This document shows, piece after piece, positions 1-9,480 of a DNA stretch of 64,000 nucleotides (positions are counted from its first letter, which is position 1; each line of letters starts with the position of its first letter). This DNA is from Patescibacteria group bacterium (GTDB lineage Bacteria; Patescibacteriota; UBA1384; DATEAH01): contig DATEAH010000009.1 in the NCBI GenBank assembly GCA_035288465.1, positions 11,951 to 75,950 of the forward strand. Direction: 5' to 3'. The notes under the pieces are model-generated. The model saw nothing but the letters and a program-made list of their open reading frames with translations. It was not told where the DNA came from and ran no database searches. The position numbers and the translations under genes were made by a program.

Positions 1-1
1 A

Positions 2-1669
2 TCATTGGATTTGCCGCTTGAAATTAATATTGCGCAGCCGAAATCTACCCCAAAATATAGCTATCGGTTGATTTCTAATTTAAAAATTGGGTCATCCCCA
101 GATTGGTTAGTAAAAAGATTAGAGCAAATGGGAGGCCGGTCTGTTAATAATATTGTTGACGTCACCAATTATGTGATGTTAGCTGTAGGACAACCTTTGC
201 ACGCTTTTGATTATGATAAAATTGAGCCTAAAATAATCTCGATTCGGAATTCAGAAGATTCAGAAAAAATTACCACCTTGGATGGGACTGAGCATAAATT
301 AGCCCCAGAAACGCTCGTAATTGAGAATAACGGCCGTTTAATTGATCTTGCAGGGATTATGGGTGGGGAAAATTCACAGGTTTCTCATGAGACCGGCACA
401 ATTATTTTACAGGCAGCAATTTTTGATCCTGTCCAAGTCCGCCGCAGCTCAAAAAAATTAAATTTTTCCACTGACGCCTCATACCGATATGAAAGGGGAG
501 TGGATTTTGAATTTACGCAATATGTCTTAGATTTCGCCACCAACTTAATCTTGAAATTATCAAAAAATGCCAAAGCTGGCGAAATTGTCGATTTAGTTTT
601 GGAAAAAGAAAAACCAATTGAATTAGACTTATCTGTCGAGAAAATCAATCACCTTTTAGGGACAAATTTATCCAAAGAAGTAATGGAAAAAATTTTGAAA
701 AATTTGGGATTCAAAATCGGCAATAAAATTACAGTTCCGTCCTGGCGCCACGATATTTATTGCTGGCAAGATTTAGCCGAAGAAATTGCCAGAATTTCCG
801 GATATGTAAATATTAAAATGAGTTATTTAAAACCCAAACCTCAACGGACGAATTTGGAATTTAATATTGAACAAAAAACAGCTTCAATCATATCCTCGTT
901 GGGATTTGTCGAAACTTTAAGTTATTCATTTGTTTCAGAAAAAGATTTGCAGAATTTTGGACAAAATCCAGCTAATGTTTTGGAAGTCACCAATCCAATT
1001 TCAAAAGAATATCAGTATTTGCGGCCTAATCTAAAAATTTCCGTCATTAAACAAATTGCCAAAAATCCCTGGGCGCCCGAGGTCAAATTATTTGAAATTG
1101 GGAATGTTTTTAATAAAAAATCTTCAAAAACGGAATTATTAATCGCCTCCACTCAAAAAAAATTAAAAACCGAAGAAATTATCTCAAATCTTAAAACCGG
1201 GTTAGGGATTAAGAATATTGAATATCAGGAAGAGGCGATTGAAGCGCGACTTTTAGGTTTATATAAAATTCGCCGTCCGGTGCGGATTATTTCAATTAAT
1301 TTTAATCAAATCAATAAAGTCGCCAAGCCTATTAAGATTGAATACCAATTACCAGAAATGTCCCAAAAATATCAACCAATTTCTAAATTTCCACCCACCA
1401 TTCGCGATTTAGCCTTTATCATCGATGCTAATATTTTGGCAGATGAGGTTTTAAAAACTATTAAAGTAATTGATCCGAAAATATTTTTAGTCGAAATTTT
1501 TGACGAATTTGCCTCTGATAAATTTGGAAAAGGCAAAAAAAATCTTGCTTTTCATATCTGGCTACAAGATTTACATAAAAACTTGAATCCAAATGAAGTT
1601 GATAATATAGTTGAAAAAATTAGCAATCTCATACAGAAAAAATATCAGGCAAAAATTAGAAATTTCTAA
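2..1669 (+). CDS. pheT: Phenylalanine--tRNA ligase beta subunit (5' truncated by window)
   Basis: B3/4 motifs (NNIVDVTNYVML, GQPLHAFD, ASYRYERGVD), B5 (VPSWRHDI...DLAEEIARI), C-terminal FDX-ACB (SKFPPTIRDLAF); frame open from window start. Confidence 0.96.
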   Translation, partial: SLDLPLEINIAQPKSTPKYSYRLISNLKIGSSPDWLVKRLEQMGGRSVNNIVDVTNYVMLAVGQPLHAFDYDKIEPKIISIRNSEDSEKITTLDGTEHKLAPETLVIENNGRLIDLAGIMGGENSQVSHETGTIILQAAIFDPVQVRRSSKKLNFSTDASYRYERGVDFEFTQYVLDFATNLILKLSKNAKAGEIVDLVLEKEKPIELDLSVEKINHLLGTNLSKEVMEKILKNLGFKIGNKITVPSWRHDIYCWQDLAEEIARISGYVNIKMSYLKPKPQRTNLEFNIEQKTASIISSLGFVETLSYSFVSEKDLQNFGQNPANVLEVTNPISKEYQYLRPNLKISVIKQIAKNPWAPEVKLFEIGNVFNKKSSKTELLIASTQKKLKTEEIISNLKTGLGIKNIEYQEEAIEARLLGLYKIRRPVRIISINFNQINKVAKPIKIEYQLPEMSQKYQPISKFPPTIRDLAFIIDANILADEVLKTIKVIDPKIFLVEIFDEFASDKFGKGKKNLAFHIWLQDLHKNLNPNEVDNIVEKISNLIQKKYQAKIRNF

Positions 1670-1677
1670 GGAGTAAA

Positions 1678-3096
1678 ATGACTCAACAATCAAAATCATC
1701 AACCAAATTAGAAACTCGAATTGAAATTATCAAATGCCCAGATTTAATTAACAAAGAAGTTCAATTATCAGGTTGGGTCCATTCCCGCCGCGATCACGGC
1801 CAGATAATTTTTATTGATTTGCGGGACCGATCTGGAATTGTGCAATTAGTTTTTTCTAAAGATTTAAGCCCTAAAGCTTATCTGCTTGCTCAAAAATTAA
1901 CTGCCGAAGACGTAATTTCAATTACCGGCCAAGTTTCTGCCAGACCTGAAAAAATGGTCAATTTAGAAATTCCCACCGGTAAAATTGAAATTTCAGTTAA
2001 AGAATTAGAAATTTTAAACAAAGCTGCCAATTTACCCTTTGATCCAACACAAGACACCCAAAAAATTAATGAAGAAACCAGGCTAAAGTATCGTTATTTA
2101 GATTTACGGAATGAACGCCTCAAAAATAATCTCGAAAAAAGGCATCAAGCAATTTTATTTATCAGAAATTGGTTAGCCAAACACGATTTTTGGGAAATCG
2201 AAACCGCAATTTTAACTAAATCCACTCCAGAAGGTGCCCGCGATTATTTAGTGCCTTCGCGCCAACAACCAGGCAAATTTTATGCCTTACCACAATCCCC
2301 TCAGCAATATAAACAATTATTGCAGGTGGCTGGTATTGAAAAATATTTTCAGATCGCACGTTGTTTTCGCGATGAAGACCCCAGAGCTGATCGCCAGCCC
2401 GAATTTACTCAGTTGGATTTGGAAATGAGTTTTGTTAAGGCTGAGGATGTGATGCAAATCACCGAAGAACTTTTTATAGAATTGGTTGAAAGAGTTTTCC
2501 CAAAAAAGAAAATCAGCCAAAAACCATTTCCGAAATTAACTTATGACGAAGCGATCAAAAAACACAAAACCGACAAACCAGATTTAAGAAAAGATCCCAA
2601 AAATCCCCACGAATTAGCTTTTGCCTGGATTACAAATTGGCCATATTTTGAAAAAACCGAAAATGGTTTTGAACCGCACCACCATATTTTTACTTCGCCA
2701 ACCCAAGAAACTGTCAAATATTTAGATTCAGATTTATCGAAAGTCAAATCTTCCCAATATGATTTAGTTTTAAATGGCTATGAAGTGGGTGGCGGTTCGA
2801 TTCGAATTACCAACCCCGAAATTCAAAAAAAGATTTTTAAGGTGGTAGGGATTTTGGAAAAAGATGCCGAAAATAAATTCGGGCACATGTTAAAAGCCTT
2901 TACTTTTGGCGCGCCCCCGCATGGCGGTATTGCCCCGGGCTTAGATCGAATTATTGCAATTTTACAAAATGAAGATAATATTCGCGAAGTCATCGCCTTT
3001 CCTAAAACCGGTGATGGCCGTGATCCTTTAATGTCTTCGCCCTCTGAAGTGGCAAACGAGCAATTAAAAGAACTCAAAATTCAAATTAAAAAATAA
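1678..3096 (+). CDS. aspS: Aspartate--tRNA ligase, short form lacking most of the GAD insertion
   Basis: GWVHSRRDHG, TPEGARDYLVP, LPQSPQ, FRDED..ADRQPEFTQLD, PPHGGIAPGLDR; AAGGAG RBS. Confidence 0.97.
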   Translation: MTQQSKSSTKLETRIEIIKCPDLINKEVQLSGWVHSRRDHGQIIFIDLRDRSGIVQLVFSKDLSPKAYLLAQKLTAEDVISITGQVSARPEKMVNLEIPTGKIEISVKELEILNKAANLPFDPTQDTQKINEETRLKYRYLDLRNERLKNNLEKRHQAILFIRNWLAKHDFWEIETAILTKSTPEGARDYLVPSRQQPGKFYALPQSPQQYKQLLQVAGIEKYFQIARCFRDEDPRADRQPEFTQLDLEMSFVKAEDVMQITEELFIELVERVFPKKKISQKPFPKLTYDEAIKKHKTDKPDLRKDPKNPHELAFAWITNWPYFEKTENGFEPHHHIFTSPTQETVKYLDSDLSKVKSSQYDLVLNGYEVGGGSIRITNPEIQKKIFKVVGILEKDAENKFGHMLKAFTFGAPPHGGIAPGLDRIIAILQNEDNIREVIAFPKTGDGRDPLMSSPSEVANEQLKELKIQIKK

Positions 3097-3099
3097 AAA

Positions 3100-3159
3100 A
3101 AGCTTGGCAGGGGTTTTAGGAATTAATATTAAAATGGAGATAACCCAATTACCAAGCTT
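3100..3159 (-). terminator. Long-stem putative intrinsic terminator between convergent aspS and orphan genes
   Basis: AAGCTTGG (3100-3107) / CCAAGCTT (3152-3159) inverted repeat followed by a T-run on the minus strand. Confidence 0.5.
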
Positions 3160-3191
3160 AGATTTTGGATAAAGTAGATTTAGTGTTTGTG

Positions 3192-3419
3192 CTACACCCT
3201 GATAAAAGTAGGTGGTGATTCAATTAAATGAAAACGGCTCACAAATGATTGAACGCCACAAATATCAGTATAAGATTTAGGGAATGGGCTATTTTCTGAA
3301 ATCGGACAGGTATAACGGTATGCTACTAAATTATTAATTACTCTGGTTACGACCACTTCCGTATTATCAGAATTTCGACGAAATTTTTCATTGAGACGAG
3401 GTACTCTTGGGCTGTCCAT
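3192..3419 (-). CDS. Hypothetical protein (orphan)
   Basis: 75-aa ORF closely following upstream orphan; GGAGG-like RBS inside the upstream gene end; no recognisable motif. Confidence 0.55.
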   Translation of the reverse strand: MDSPRVPRLNEKFRRNSDNTEVVVTRVINNLVAYRYTCPISENSPFPKSYTDICGVQSFVSRFHLIESPPTFIRV

Positions 3420-3425
3420 GATGGT

Positions 3426-3782
3426 TTATGCCTCCTCAGTATCTCGAAATAAATCTTCCTGACATTCACCAATATACGTAGTCGAAGCTGCGGCAGCTCT
3501 TAGTGAGCGGGCATGGATTAATCTCATTGGATTATTCGAATAAGCCTTTCGAGCTTTTTCTTCAATTTCGCGAATTTCTTCAGGTGTTCGCCTGATAACT
3601 CGTAAAGTTTTTCGTGATTTAACGTTCTGCGAAGCCTCAAGTTCTTTACTTCGCAATATTACTAATTGTTCCTCGGTTAAATCACGATGATGAGAGGGAT
3701 ATTTTAACAAATGAGAAAATCTTGGCGTCTTTTTACGGTGTGTTTTTTTTGCCACGCTCATCAGCTCCCTGAGAGGAGTCAA
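3426..3782 (-). CDS. Hypothetical basic protein (orphan; probable start at MSVAKK)
   Basis: ORF preceded by TTGACT-17-TATAAT promoter; GGGAG before ATG. Confidence 0.6.
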   Translation of the reverse strand: MTPLRELMSVAKKTHRKKTPRFSHLLKYPSHHRDLTEEQLVILRSKELEASQNVKSRKTLRVIRRTPEEIREIEEKARKAYSNNPMRLIHARSLRAAAASTTYIGECQEDLFRDTEEA

Positions 3783-3796
3783 AACCCATCGTTTAA

Positions 3797-3825
3797 ATTA
3801 TATCTAAAAAACAGGTAAAAGTCAA
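3797..3825 (-). promoter_or_regulatory. sigma70-type promoter for orphan pair
   Basis: TTGACT-N17-TATAAT on minus strand. Confidence 0.65.
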
Positions 3826-3891
3826 AAATTTGCATTATTTGAAATTTAATTTTATGATAGGTATAGATTAGAAAAAAAAGAGGGGAATTCA

Positions 3892-5301
3892 ATGATTAAA
3901 AAAATCAGCCTGTTTTTTATCGCTTTAATTACTTTATTTTTGCCTCAAACGGCTTTGGCAGATGGTGGAGTTTTTCCGCCCCCAGACAAATATGTCACCG
4001 AAACTGATCAAAAAGCCATTATCGCCTTCGAAAACAATTTAGAAACCCTAATTTTGTCCGTCAACTTTAAGGGTGATCCTGAGGATTTTGGCTGGGTAAT
4101 TCCTATTCCTTCAAAGCCCGAAATTACCAAATCCCAAGATAATTTATTTCAAGCCTTATCAGATTTAACACAACCTATCACCACCCAAACCCCGACAATG
4201 TCCAATGGTTTTAATTTATTAGATAAAGCGACTACGGCCGAGACCCATGTTAGTATTGTCGAAACGCAAGAAATTGAAAATTATGATATTACTACTATTA
4301 CTGCCAATGATTCCAAAGCCTTGGCCAAATGGCTCGCCGATAATAAATACCAGGTTCCCGAAACAGCTTCCGGAATATTTGAAGATTATGTGCAAAAATC
4401 ATGGTATTTTATTTGTATCAAATTGGATTTATCCAAAACCACCGCCGCGGCCAAGGACCAATTAAAAAGTGGCCACGCCACCCCCTTAAAAATTCAGTTT
4501 GAATCAAAACAAATTATTTTTCCTTTAAAACTAACCTCGATTTTATCCGAATATGAAGAATTATCTCCGGATGCCAAAAATGAGGTTAAGGGTTTAACGC
4601 GTTTGCCCCAAATTTCCATCATGCTATATGTTTTAGCAGATGGCAAAAAAACGGCTCCGGGCTTTACCACCCAATTTGCTAAATGGTTGCGAAGAAATGA
4701 AATTCAAGATTTATCCCAAGATACCGAAGGCTCGAGTTGGTATCAGCCAAAAGCTCCAAAACTATATTTGACAAAATTATACCGTTCCATGAGTACGGCG
4801 CAAATGACTGACGATTTAGTAATTTCATCAGTCAGCAATAATGAAACTGTCGGGACATCGGCAAACAATTTGTGGCTGGACATTATTACTGCCGTGGTGG
4901 TTTTTGCCTTGTCGTTAGTGATTATTATTTTATCGCCGCTAGGTTTGTTGTATTTTATTTTTGCCTTGGTTCAGTTTTTCTCAAAATCCAAAACCGCTCA
5001 TATTGTCGCCTGGATATTTCAATCTTTATTAATTTTATTAACATTGTTGGTGGGTTTGGTTGTATCTTTAGTGGTATCGGATAATTTTAAAAATAATGTT
5101 GCCATTGACTCAATTGGGTATAATTATCGCTTTGATTGGTCTGGAGTTGGCGTTTTAACAGCTATTGTGATGGTGATAGCCTGCCAAACTGTAGTTTTAT
5201 TTTATCAGCGTCGACATCACCAAACCTTGATCCAGACCAAAAACGATAATCCCGAGAACAAAGCTGACGAAATGTTTGAAGGCGAAAAGCAGGAAAAATA
5301 A
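3892..5301 (+). CDS. DUF2330-like exported protein with C-terminal transmembrane helices
   Basis: Signal peptide ending ALA-DG; QKAII...ETLILSV...DFGWVIPIPSKP, WL..NKY, PLKI.F..IIFPLKL pattern. Confidence 0.75.
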   Translation: MIKKISLFFIALITLFLPQTALADGGVFPPPDKYVTETDQKAIIAFENNLETLILSVNFKGDPEDFGWVIPIPSKPEITKSQDNLFQALSDLTQPITTQTPTMSNGFNLLDKATTAETHVSIVETQEIENYDITTITANDSKALAKWLADNKYQVPETASGIFEDYVQKSWYFICIKLDLSKTTAAAKDQLKSGHATPLKIQFESKQIIFPLKLTSILSEYEELSPDAKNEVKGLTRLPQISIMLYVLADGKKTAPGFTTQFAKWLRRNEIQDLSQDTEGSSWYQPKAPKLYLTKLYRSMSTAQMTDDLVISSVSNNETVGTSANNLWLDIITAVVVFALSLVIIILSPLGLLYFIFALVQFFSKSKTAHIVAWIFQSLLILLTLLVGLVVSLVVSDNFKNNVAIDSIGYNYRFDWSGVGVLTAIVMVIACQTVVLFYQRRHHQTLIQTKNDNPENKADEMFEGEKQEK

Positions 5302-5304
5302 AAA

Positions 5305-6252
5305 ATGGTTTCAAATTTTATTTTAGCAGTTACAATTTTAGCTGAAATTTTTGGTATTGTTCATCCCACCCAAAAGCTCTCGACCGAAATCGGTGAAAAT
5401 TCTGTTTTTGTCAAATCGACTCCGGGACAGGTTTTAGGAGAAAGCTCTAAAGATTCACAACTTCCCCAAATAGCGCTTTCGCAGATTAATCCCTTGCCTC
5501 AGCCAATCCAAAAAAATCAATTTTCAACCAGGGCACGCTCAGCCTTAGTTTTAGATATGAATTCAAATAAAATTTTGTATCAAAAAAATGCCAATTTATC
5601 ACAACCCATAGCTTCAATTACGAAATTAATGACCGCGGTGGTGATTTTAGATAATTTTAATGTTAATGAAACCGTGGATATTTCTGCCCATTCAGCTTTT
5701 CAGGTCGGTTCAAAAGCCCATTTATTACCCGGTGAACAAGTTTCCGCTTTAGAATTAATTAAAGCCATACTCATTGTCTCCGGCAATGACGCCGCCGCCG
5801 CCTTAGAAGAGCATTATGGTCAAGAAAAATTAGTCGCCACCATGAACGAAAAAGCCCAGTTTTTGGGCATGACAAATTCAAAATTTGCCGATGCGACCGG
5901 TTTAGATTCGGGTAATATTTCAAATGCGAATGATTTGGTTTTGCTGACTAGGTATGCGATGAAAAATAAAATCATTGTTGATGCTGTTATCACTAGGGAA
6001 TATATTGTTGTGGCAAAAAATGGCCAAACTCAACATCTTATTCATACTACCAATCGTTTATTAAACCAATATCCAGATATTATTGGTGTAAAAACTGGTT
6101 TTACAAATGAAGCTGGCAATTGTTTAATTGCCGTTGCAAAACAAAACAAACATCAAATTGTCTCAATAGTGCTCGGCGTTGATAATTACGACTTGCGGTT
6201 TTCAGAATCGCGAGATCTTTTGGACTCAGCCTTTTCCGGTTTCAAATGGTAA
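5305..6252 (+). CDS. D-alanyl-D-alanine carboxypeptidase (peptidase S11)
   Basis: SxxK (ASITK), SxN (SGNDAA), KTG (GVKTGFT) motifs. Confidence 0.93.
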   Translation: MVSNFILAVTILAEIFGIVHPTQKLSTEIGENSVFVKSTPGQVLGESSKDSQLPQIALSQINPLPQPIQKNQFSTRARSALVLDMNSNKILYQKNANLSQPIASITKLMTAVVILDNFNVNETVDISAHSAFQVGSKAHLLPGEQVSALELIKAILIVSGNDAAAALEEHYGQEKLVATMNEKAQFLGMTNSKFADATGLDSGNISNANDLVLLTRYAMKNKIIVDAVITREYIVVAKNGQTQHLIHTTNRLLNQYPDIIGVKTGFTNEAGNCLIAVAKQNKHQIVSIVLGVDNYDLRFSESRDLLDSAFSGFKW

Positions 6253-6259
6253 TTATAAA

Positions 6260-6766
6260 TTAAAAAACCTTGCTTACAAACCAGCCGATCATGATGGCGG
6301 CTAAGGCAAATTTTAATATTGAGCCGAAAATAATTCCAAAAATTGCACCTACACCAGCCTTAACAGCTCCTTCAATTTTTTTATGGGAAAATATCATTTC
6401 AAAAAGAATTGTGCCTATAAATGCTCCGCCTATGATACCGACCAAGCCACCAATAAAAATCCCCACAATTGCTCCCACGATTGCGCCAAGAATGCCCATA
6501 AAATCTGCTTTGCCGCTTTTGGCACCTAAAATAGCTCCCAACCAATCAAATAATAAACCAAATAGGGTCAAAGCCAGAAAAATTATAATAAAAATTAAGT
6601 TTGTTTTTTCAAAACCAGTCCAAATCGAATATATGAGTGCGCCCAAAAAAACAAAAATTAAATCAGGCAATCCTGGCACCAAAATTCCCGCCAGTCCGAC
6701 CAGCATTACAATTAAAGCAACAATAAATGGCGCTAAATCGGTCATTTTTTTGATTCCTTTGGCCAT
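6260..6766 (-). CDS. DUF456-like membrane protein
   Basis: GLAGILVPGLP N-terminus, Gly-rich hydrophobic helices. Confidence 0.8.
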   Translation of the reverse strand: MAKGIKKMTDLAPFIVALIVMLVGLAGILVPGLPDLIFVFLGALIYSIWTGFEKTNLIFIIIFLALTLFGLLFDWLGAILGAKSGKADFMGILGAIVGAIVGIFIGGLVGIIGGAFIGTILFEMIFSHKKIEGAVKAGVGAIFGIIFGSILKFALAAIMIGWFVSKVF

Positions 6767-7440
6767 TTATCAATGGCATTTTGGGCAGCTTTTACTTGGG
6801 CTAATTGTTTAGATGATCCTTGTCCAAGACCTGCCTCTTTGTTGCCTAAAAATACGGTCATCGTGAAAATTTTCGCATGGTCGGGACCGGTTTCCTTCAA
6901 AACCTCATAGGTTGGCGTCACGCCCAATTCATCTTGGGCTTTTTCTTGTAACTGAGTCTTAGGGTCAATATAAATCTTTTTTTCAATAATTTCCGGCAAA
7001 TCGCTTAAAAGGTGTTTTTCGAGAAATTTTTTTACCTTTTCGTAGCCTTTTTCTAAATATAAAGCGCCGATTAACGCCTCAAAAGCATTCGCTAGCAATA
7101 AATCTTTTTCACGGCCACCCATTTTTTCTTCCCCGCGGGATAAATACAAAAATTTTCCCATCTCAAATTTTATGGCAACTTTAGACAGGCTTGGTCCGCA
7201 AACCAAAGCCGAACGCCAGCCAGTTAATTCGCCTTCGGGATTTTGATAATTTTTAAACATATTTTCCGTCACCACTAATTCCAAAACCGCATCACCTAAA
7301 AATTCGAGCCTTTCATTTGACTCTAAAGTTAATTTCGGATTTTCATTCAAGAAAGATCGGTGAATAAAAACATTTTTGAGCAAATTTTTATTATCAAATT
7401 TAATCTCAATTTTACTTTCAAATTCTTTTAAATCTCGCAT
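6742..7440 (-). CDS. rnc: Ribonuclease III
   Basis: NERLEFLGDAVLEL signature, ANAFEALIGALY, dsRBD (DPKTQLQE...GPDH). Confidence 0.98.
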   Translation of the reverse strand: MRDLKEFESKIEIKFDNKNLLKNVFIHRSFLNENPKLTLESNERLEFLGDAVLELVVTENMFKNYQNPEGELTGWRSALVCGPSLSKVAIKFEMGKFLYLSRGEEKMGGREKDLLLANAFEALIGALYLEKGYEKVKKFLEKHLLSDLPEIIEKKIYIDPKTQLQEKAQDELGVTPTYEVLKETGPDHAKIFTMTVFLGNKEAGLGQGSSKQLAQVKAAQNAIDKWPKESKK

Positions 7441-7456
7441 TATGCTCCTTTAGGGT

Positions 7457-7590
7457 AAATCATAATTTCTAAATTCTAAATCCTAAACAATATTAAAATT
7501 CAAAAGTCCAAATATCCCAAACATGTTTGAAATATTGTATTTTAGAAATTTGAATTTGTTTAGTATTTGGTGCTTAGGATTTCGGATTTC
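7457..7590. repeat. Heptamer-based imperfect palindrome, family B copy 1
   Basis: Arm AAATTCT-AAATCCT-AAACAA pairs with TTGTTTAG...AGGATTT-CGGATTT; matches copies at 20636, 42531, 52342, 16023. Confidence 0.85.
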
Positions 7591-8051
7591 TTCAAAAGCA
7601 AAATTGCTTTTGAAACGATTGGCTTTAAATCTTTATATTTAATTAATTTTTCAGCCTCAATTATTGGTAACCATTTCGCATCTCTAATTTCATGTTTTTG
7701 AATTTTTAAAGCATCTTGCGGATCAGCTTTAACTAAAAAATATTCCACAATTTTAAAAATTGGTTGACCCTTAAGTCGAAAAAAATATTTTGCTTTTCCA
7801 ATTTTTTCAATAATTTCTAATTTCACCAAACCGGTTTCTTCGGAAATTTCCCGTAAAGCCGCATGGGTCATTTTTTCTTTGATTTCCGGATGACCCTTTG
7901 GCAAGGCCCATTTTCCATAAGAATCCTTAATCACTAATATTTCAAATTTATTTTTTAAATCGTGGCTTTCAATTTTCCTATAAACCACCCCACCCGCGGA
8001 AATTTCAAATTTAGTCTTGGGTTTATTCAATTTTTTATTTTCACTCTGCAT
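7560..8051 (-). CDS. NUDIX hydrolase (Ap4A hydrolase-like)
   Basis: SAGGVVY, WALPKGHPE...AALREISEETGL Nudix box; likely start MQSEN at 8051 overlapping nusB stop. Confidence 0.9.
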   Translation of the reverse strand: MQSENKKLNKPKTKFEISAGGVVYRKIESHDLKNKFEILVIKDSYGKWALPKGHPEIKEKMTHAALREISEETGLVKLEIIEKIGKAKYFFRLKGQPIFKIVEYFLVKADPQDALKIQKHEIRDAKWLPIIEAEKLIKYKDLKPIVSKAILLLKKSEILSTKY

Positions 8052-8514
8052 TTTTACTTTTTGCTCTTTTATTTTCAAATTTATTATCATCTTCTTTGAC
8101 ATAAACATCTGAATGGCGATAAATTGTCCCTAAAACACCGTTCACAAATTTAGAACTATTTTCCCCTCCAAAATTTTTAGCAATTTCAACCGCTTCATCT
8201 ATGGCAACTTTTGGCGGCACGCGCTTATCTTTATCTTCGTACAAAAGCTCAAAAACTGCAATTCTCAGTACGTTTTTATCAACTCGAGCAATTTGTTCTA
8301 ACGGCCATTCTGGGGCGGAATCGGCAATTAATTTATCAATCTCCTTGGTATGTTTGATGACACCCGAAATCGTATTTTTTACAAAATCTTCATCCGTATT
8401 TGGTTTTTCGGTAAAATTTCGATTTAAAATTTCCGTCAATTTTGCCGATGGCCTAAGATCAAATTCGTATAAAGACTGCATTGCGCAAATACGAGATTGA
8501 TGACGATTTGCCAT
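8041..8514 (-). CDS. nusB: Transcription antitermination factor NusB
   Basis: RHQSRICAMQSLYE, WPLEQIARVDKNVLR, VAIDEAVEIAK.FG...SSKFVNGVLG. Confidence 0.97.
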   Translation of the reverse strand: MANRHQSRICAMQSLYEFDLRPSAKLTEILNRNFTEKPNTDEDFVKNTISGVIKHTKEIDKLIADSAPEWPLEQIARVDKNVLRIAVFELLYEDKDKRVPPKVAIDEAVEIAKNFGGENSSKFVNGVLGTIYRHSDVYVKEDDNKFENKRAKSKNAE

Positions 8515-8586
8515 AATCGCTCCTTTTAGTCGCTAAAATTTAAGATTAAAAAGAAAAGATTATAAATTAAAATTAAAAATAACAGA

Positions 8587-8964
8587 TTATTTATTTTTTA
8601 AAGTTAAAATACTTTTACCTAAAATATTACTAAGCTGATTCGTCTCGTCAAGGAGTTTGTTCGTTTTATATATTTCTGATTTTTTTGAATCGCGAAGTAA
8701 GCATAACCAAAATTTAGTTTCATTTGCAGATTTTAAGGCATGGCTTAGGAAATTTTTAAAATCATTTCGAGAACTTGACGCTTGAGCCTCCACGATATTT
8801 GCACTAATTGACGTTGCAGAACGTAATAGTTGTTTGTTTATAATCTGTGTTGTTGTATTTTCAGGCGTACTTTCAATAAATTTAATAATATTCAACGCAA
8901 AGACATAAGCTCTTTCTTTGGCAACATTGTTATTCTGTCCAAATCTTTGATTTTTGCTTTGCAT
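8587..8964 (-). CDS. Four helix bundle protein (TIGR02436 / 23S rRNA IVS protein family, Avd-like fold)
   Basis: QLLRSATSISANIVEAQASSSRNDF.NFL..ALKSANETKFWL.LL signature. Confidence 0.92.
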   Translation of the reverse strand: MQSKNQRFGQNNNVAKERAYVFALNIIKFIESTPENTTTQIINKQLLRSATSISANIVEAQASSSRNDFKNFLSHALKSANETKFWLCLLRDSKKSEIYKTNKLLDETNQLSNILGKSILTLKNK

Positions 8965-8974
8965 TTTTACTCTT

Positions 8975-9184
8975 TTATTTTTTATTTTTTATTTTTTTAG
9001 TCACTTTTGTGGCGGTTTCTAAAACTTCGCGTCCTTTATATGTTCCACAAACTTGGCAGACATGATGAGGTAGATGTTTGGTACGGCATTTTGGGCAAAT
9101 TGATAATTGAATTTTGGTTATTTTTTGTGATCCCTTGCGTTTTCGGTTTCGAGATCGAGATAGCTTTTGCTTTGGCTCTGGCAT
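8975..9184 (-). CDS. rpmF: 50S ribosomal protein L32
   Basis: PKQKLSRSR...CPKC...PHHVCQVCGTYKGREV. Confidence 0.96.
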   Translation of the reverse strand: MPEPKQKLSRSRNRKRKGSQKITKIQLSICPKCRTKHLPHHVCQVCGTYKGREVLETATKVTKKIKNKK

Positions 9185-9396
9185 ATTCGCTCCTTCCCTT
9201 CCTAATTTATTTGGGTCAGTCGCTTAAAATAAAAGATTAAAGAGAAAAAATAAAAAATCCTGTTATAAATTTTTAATCTTTGCTCTGCATTTTTAATCTT
9301 TGATTTTTAATTTTTACTTTTATATTTTCTTATCTAAATTATATCCGAAAAATCGCCAAATTGCAATCCCATATACCTATTATATATATTAATAAA

Positions 9397-9437
9397 GCCC
9401 TGCCTCAGCAGATGTGATCTGCGTCTGAGGCAGGGCT
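9397..9437 (-). terminator. Long GC-rich hairpin ending the 9481-10686 cassette
   Basis: AGCCCTGCCTCAG / CTGAGGCAGGGCT with inner CAGAT/ATCTG; followed by TTTATT on minus strand. Confidence 0.7.
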
Positions 9438-9480
9438 CGTATGATATCAGCAACTCCGAAAGTCGCTGTTAGGGGTTCGT

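Larger units (their letters stand above)
8528..9330. repeat. Low-complexity repeat family A: arms flanking the four-helix-bundle gene (8528-8586, 8945-9000) plus an empty copy (9218-9330)
   Basis: TGCATTTTTA at 8047, 8960, 9286; AGTCGCT at 8528, 9218; CGCTCCTT at 8518, 9188; A-rich and T-rich complementary arms with ~7-nt periodicity. Confidence 0.7.

Noticed and set aside
6270-6812. 180-aa plus-strand ORF
   Set aside because: Antisense shadow of the hydrophobic DUF456-like gene
8587-8964. Diversity-generating retroelement (Avd-like gene; near-identical repeats in the giant gene)
   Set aside because: No reverse transcriptase in the window; the blade pair I compared differs by a single G/T change, not adenine-specific changes
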